A stretch of 64,000 bases of DNA, from positions 1,280,001 to 1,344,000 of the forward strand of contig CBDFJR010000002.1 of assembly GCA_965248535.1 (NCBI GenBank), read 5' to 3'. This stretch comes from Phormidesmis sp. Lineage in GTDB: Bacteria > Cyanobacteriota > Cyanobacteriia > Leptolyngbyales > Leptolyngbyaceae. Position 1 is the stretch's first letter. Every line of letters begins with the position of its first letter. The notes under the pieces are model-generated. The model was not told the DNA's origin. It ran no database searches and worked only from the letters and a program-made list of their open reading frames with translations. This document shows, in pieces, positions 61,855 to 64,000 of this stretch. Both the position numbers and the translations under genes were made by a program.

Positions 61855-62958
61855 TCAATGCAGTAATTTCTTAAACTCTTCGTCTTCTTTAATCAGGTTA
61901 AAATCCGAATCCTCCGCTGCTAATTCTTTTGCCTTCAATGGAGCAAGATTAATAGCTTTCTCTAAGTTTTCTAAGGCTTTTTTAGAATCATTTAGAAACG
62001 CACAATAACACGCTTTATTATACCAAGCTCTAGGATAGTTAGGTGCAATTGAAATAGCCTCATCAAAGCATTTAATTCCTTCTCTAATTCCCTCTTTTTC
62101 ATCGGTATATAACCTTCTATGCACAAGCCCTTTATTAACTAGTGCTACAAAAGGAAGGCGTTCAAGCTGGATAGCGCGATCGTAGCATTTGATAGCTTCC
62201 CCATAATCTCCTAGCATTCTGAGCGCATTTCCTGAACCCAGCCAAGCATAGTAAGTTTCCTTAACTCCAATTGCCTCGTCATACTTTAATATCGCTTCTT
62301 TATATTGTGCAATAATTTTCTTGTCCTTACCTATACGACTTGAAATACTTATTTCATTAAACCAAGAATTAGTTGATTTGTAAGTGGCTAGCACTTGATA
62401 ATTTGCTAGATAGAATAAGCTGTCTCCCCATTTTGTATAGTCTTCAAATGTTAAATACAATCTAGAGTTTTCTACTCTAAGTGATTGAAGTTTAGTTATC
62501 AATTCTTGCAACATTGATTTAATCTCAGGCTTAATTTCCTCTTGAAAAAATGAGCTTGTCGAGGGCAGGAAATTTGAAATTTCTTGAATAATCTCATCTT
62601 TTTGTCTTTGGGATGCCAGATCGTTTTTCAAACTTTTGAGTTCTTCATCAAAATCTTCCTTGAACTGCTTCCTTAACTCAGTTTGTAAACTATTAATTAC
62701 GCTCTGTCGTAGAACCCACACAGAAGTACCGATTAAAAATACTGCGAAGTTGAATTGAGTAAAAAATCTGGTGTATGAGCGATCGACTTCTTTCTCGATT
62801 GTGTCTCTGATACTTGTTTCTGCACCTTCTCTGAGATTGAGCATTAGGTATGAACTAATCCCAAAGGTTATACACATCATCAGTAGATAGAGAGTAATGG
62901 CGCACTTCAAAAGATTGGAAAAATTATTCTGCTCGCTCTGCGGGTTTTGGTTTTGCAT
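61855..62958 (-). CDS. AT-rich membrane-anchored TPR protein
   Basis: Two hydrophobic segments, coiled coil, TPRs, terminal WYNKAC. Confidence 0.75.
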   Translation of the reverse strand: MQNQNPQSEQNNFSNLLKCAITLYLLMMCITFGISSYLMLNLREGAETSIRDTIEKEVDRSYTRFFTQFNFAVFLIGTSVWVLRQSVINSLQTELRKQFKEDFDEELKSLKNDLASQRQKDEIIQEISNFLPSTSSFFQEEIKPEIKSMLQELITKLQSLRVENSRLYLTFEDYTKWGDSLFYLANYQVLATYKSTNSWFNEISISSRIGKDKKIIAQYKEAILKYDEAIGVKETYYAWLGSGNALRMLGDYGEAIKCYDRAIQLERLPFVALVNKGLVHRRLYTDEKEGIREGIKCFDEAISIAPNYPRAWYNKACYCAFLNDSKKALENLEKAINLAPLKAKELAAEDSDFNLIKEDEEFKKLLH

Positions 62959-63078
62959 ACTGGTGGTGTAAGATACTAAACACAAAATCCTACACAGGAG
63001 AAACATAGTTTTCCAGATTGTTTGCAAAAACAGACATCTTGTAAGTCACTGCTACCACTCTGAATCAATGCGACCTAA

Positions 63079-63375
63079 TTATTCTTTCTGCTGAATCTGC
63101 ACGATCGCTTGTCTAAAACCCAACACAACCAGAATATTAGAAAGGGTCAAAAACGATTCTGCACTGCCGTGTAGCCAGTCTATGTTGGCTAACTGATCGT
63201 GATAAGCCACCTGAGCATAAATGCCTGCGGGAATCGTGACCGCAACAAACACGAGCGTCATATAGAAGCCAATCAGCGCTAGACGAGGGGTGGTTTTAGA
63301 GCGAGTCAGAAACCACAAAAACGCGAGATAGGGAAATAGCGAAAGTCCAAACAGGGTTTCTTTAGAGAGCTGCAT
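63079..63375 (-). CDS. DUF3593 family membrane protein
   Basis: SLFPYLAFL and LANIDWLHGSAE motifs. Confidence 0.85.
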   Translation of the reverse strand: MQLSKETLFGLSLFPYLAFLWFLTRSKTTPRLALIGFYMTLVFVAVTIPAGIYAQVAYHDQLANIDWLHGSAESFLTLSNILVVLGFRQAIVQIQQKE

Positions 63376-63633
63376 AGAAACGAGACCCCATCTTACGGGT
63401 CAAATCCGCTAATTTTTGGCATCCATACGGCATAATCTTCTCACAAAGCGTGCTGCCTTAATCACCAAAGAGTTCACAGGCAGAAACATTTGAAAGCTAG
63501 AGCTTAAGCATTAGAGTTGTGACCGAGTAAAACCGGATTGATCTCTATCACAGGTGAAGTGTCTAACAACAACGTTTAAGTCTCCTTGCCCAGTTTGAAT
63601 CTCCTCTATCGTGTTGCCCCCACGGAGAAAACT

Positions 63634-64000
63634 ATGCAAAAGCCTCTCTCGACTGCACTTAGAATCACTCTTCTCGGCTTGTCATTGCCTCTGTTATTCA
63701 CTAGCAATGCCTGGGCGAAAACCTGTACGGAAAAGGAAATCGAAACCTACATCAGCAACAAAAACCGACCTGCGATCGTTGACTGCGGGGCAGAAGCGAT
63801 TCCTAATTTGCTCAAAGCTCTGAAAATGGGTGGAACAACAAGCGAGTTTGCTGTTTCAGCTTTGGAATATATTGATACAGATGGTAAAACCATTGTTCCT
63901 GAATTGATTGAAGCTTTTAAGAGCGGAACTCAGAATATTCGCAGAAGCGCTGCTTGGGCTTTGGTGACTCAGGCTAAGAAGGATGAAGCCAAAGAAATTG
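63634..64000 (+). CDS. Secreted HEAT-repeat protein, partial
   Basis: Own translation: MQKPLSTALRITLLG..AWA/K, AIPNLLKAL, VPELIEAF..IRRSAAWAL; open to the window end. Confidence 0.7.
   Translation, partial: MQKPLSTALRITLLGLSLPLLFTSNAWAKTCTEKEIETYISNKNRPAIVDCGAEAIPNLLKALKMGGTTSEFAVSALEYIDTDGKTIVPELIEAFKSGTQNIRRSAAWALVTQAKKDEAKEI

Overview
Chromosomal window from a cyanobacterium: the HIP1 octamer GCGATCGC is dense, and acsF, ctaCDE, ndhV-like and the carA-STAS-MiniIII-rlmB cluster are present. Most of it is housekeeping sequence (trpD, carA, cox operon with heme A/O synthases, eda, mobA, spp, ruvA, polA, cax, tsaB). Three accessory zones stand out. (1) 1-3060 is an integrase-less, integron-like cassette array. 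It has two 86-87 bp attC-like sites on the minus strand, each followed by a conserved ~150 bp non-coding leader (a third, truncated leader lies at 2964-3059), and carries toxin-antitoxin, GIY-YIG and AT-rich cargo. (2) 6506-8892 is an IS200/IS605 element with intact tnpA, a tnpB missing its RuvC-II and RuvC-III segments, and two extra small genes upstream of tnpB in the same operon. (3) 60890-63030 holds a third attC-like site, an Rpn nuclease gene with a likely internal (RpnS-type) start, and an AT-rich TPR gene. Also seen: five REP-like palindromes, a MITE-like element, a 21-bp tandem array, a probable ATT start codon, a serine recombinase with degenerate catalytic residues, and several frameshifted genes. 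No rRNA, tRNA or CRISPR array was recognised. All family calls come from motif recognition by eye, not from database searches.
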